From Harriotta raleighana (lineage: Eukaryota): a stretch of 64,000 nucleotides of DNA. The DNA lies in assembly GCA_050575255.1 (NCBI GenBank), contig JBNZDD010013724.1:7857146-7921145 (forward strand), written 5' to 3'. Positions 63,313-64,000 of the stretch are shown here, piece by piece; position 1 is the first letter of the stretch; each line of letters begins with the position of its first letter. The translations under genes and the position numbers were made by a program. The notes under the pieces were generated by a model that worked only from the letters and a program-made list of their open reading frames with translations, made no database searches and had not been told where the DNA came from.

Positions 63313-64000
63313 TTTTCTTGAATGGATGTAACAATGTTCCAAATAAGGCAACCAAGATGGTCATTCAAAAATGCTTCTTTGAATCTTGCCTGTTGTTCAT
63401 CATTCCTGACCTCGCAATGTTTTATGATGTGAGAGGGAGTTTTTTTAAAAGTGTATCTGGTGTGTTGCAATGAGCAAGGAGGTGCGTCCCAGATCTCCAG
63501 GTTTGATTATGCCATATCTCCAAGCCAGTCCATTAGTAGAGCCTGGGAGACAATCAGTGCAGAACTCTTGATAAGCGAAGGCTGTTTTTTATCATCTCAA
63601 TTTGCCATGATTAGCTCAGAGGCAATATCACTGATAGACTGCCTTACCCATTCTGGACACAGCTAAGATCTGTCAAAAACAAAAGAAGAAATTCCAAAGA
63701 GGGCTATAAAATGTTTAATATCTTCCGCTCTCTGTTACAGATTGCTCTGATAAATATTGTGTTACTAAGTATTTAAGTTGTTCAGCCCTGTGTGACCTTT
63801 TTTGACTTCATTTTTCAATAGCGTTAAGATAACATCGGTCTAACTTTAATTCCTTCTTTTACTGTGTTCCAGTATTTCAGTGAGGGGTCTGGTCGCAGAC
63901 AGTGATGGGAGAACCCAATTTCACTGCTTGTCTTTCCACTGAGCTTGCAATTACATTGTGCTTCTTCAATGTGGATTTGCAGTTCTGGGATTGAGTCAAT

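Larger units (their letters stand above)
25982..64000 (-). other. SLIT2: 3' part of the very long SLIT2 intron 4 (at least 38 kb in this window)
   Basis: No upstream LRR exon (exon 4) found. A very long intron at this position is a known feature of vertebrate SLIT genes. Confidence 0.8.

Noticed and set aside
1-64000. miR-218 hairpin, CRISPR arrays, rRNA genes or nested protein-coding genes
   Set aside because: No TTGTGCTTGATCTAACCATGT match was seen (miR-218 lies in a later SLIT2 intron). I found no repeat-spacer arrays, rRNA signatures or additional credible multi-exon reading frames.

Overview
Vertebrate genomic DNA, most likely from a cartilaginous fish. That assignment is an inference from the repeat content (Deu-domain tRNA-SINEs, L2, CR1). 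The whole window lies inside one gene on the minus strand, the axon-guidance ligand SLIT2. I found five canonical coding exons by hand; none of their reading frames appear in the ORF track. They are at 25910-25981, 14485-14556, 11970-12041, 10385-10548 and 6162-6306 (equivalent to mammalian exons 5-9). They splice in frame to give the end of LRR domain D1 and the N-cap of D2. Positions 25982-64000 belong to the very long intron 4, and 1-6161 to intron 9. The most interesting region is intron 8, which splits the D1-D2 linker. It holds a 12-nt GC-donor microexon (DEDE, counterpart of the mammalian DEEE insert), a 6-nt in-frame microexon candidate with excellent splice sites (GF), a weaker 24-nt lysine-rich candidate (VEKKMKGS) and a 38-bp near-perfect hairpin. 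The rest is decayed L2/CR1 LINEs, at least three SINE families, a Tigger/pogo-type MITE, microsatellites, repeat-free enhancer-like tracts, and several false duplications at single-N assembly joins. Repeat boundaries are approximate; exon boundaries are exact.
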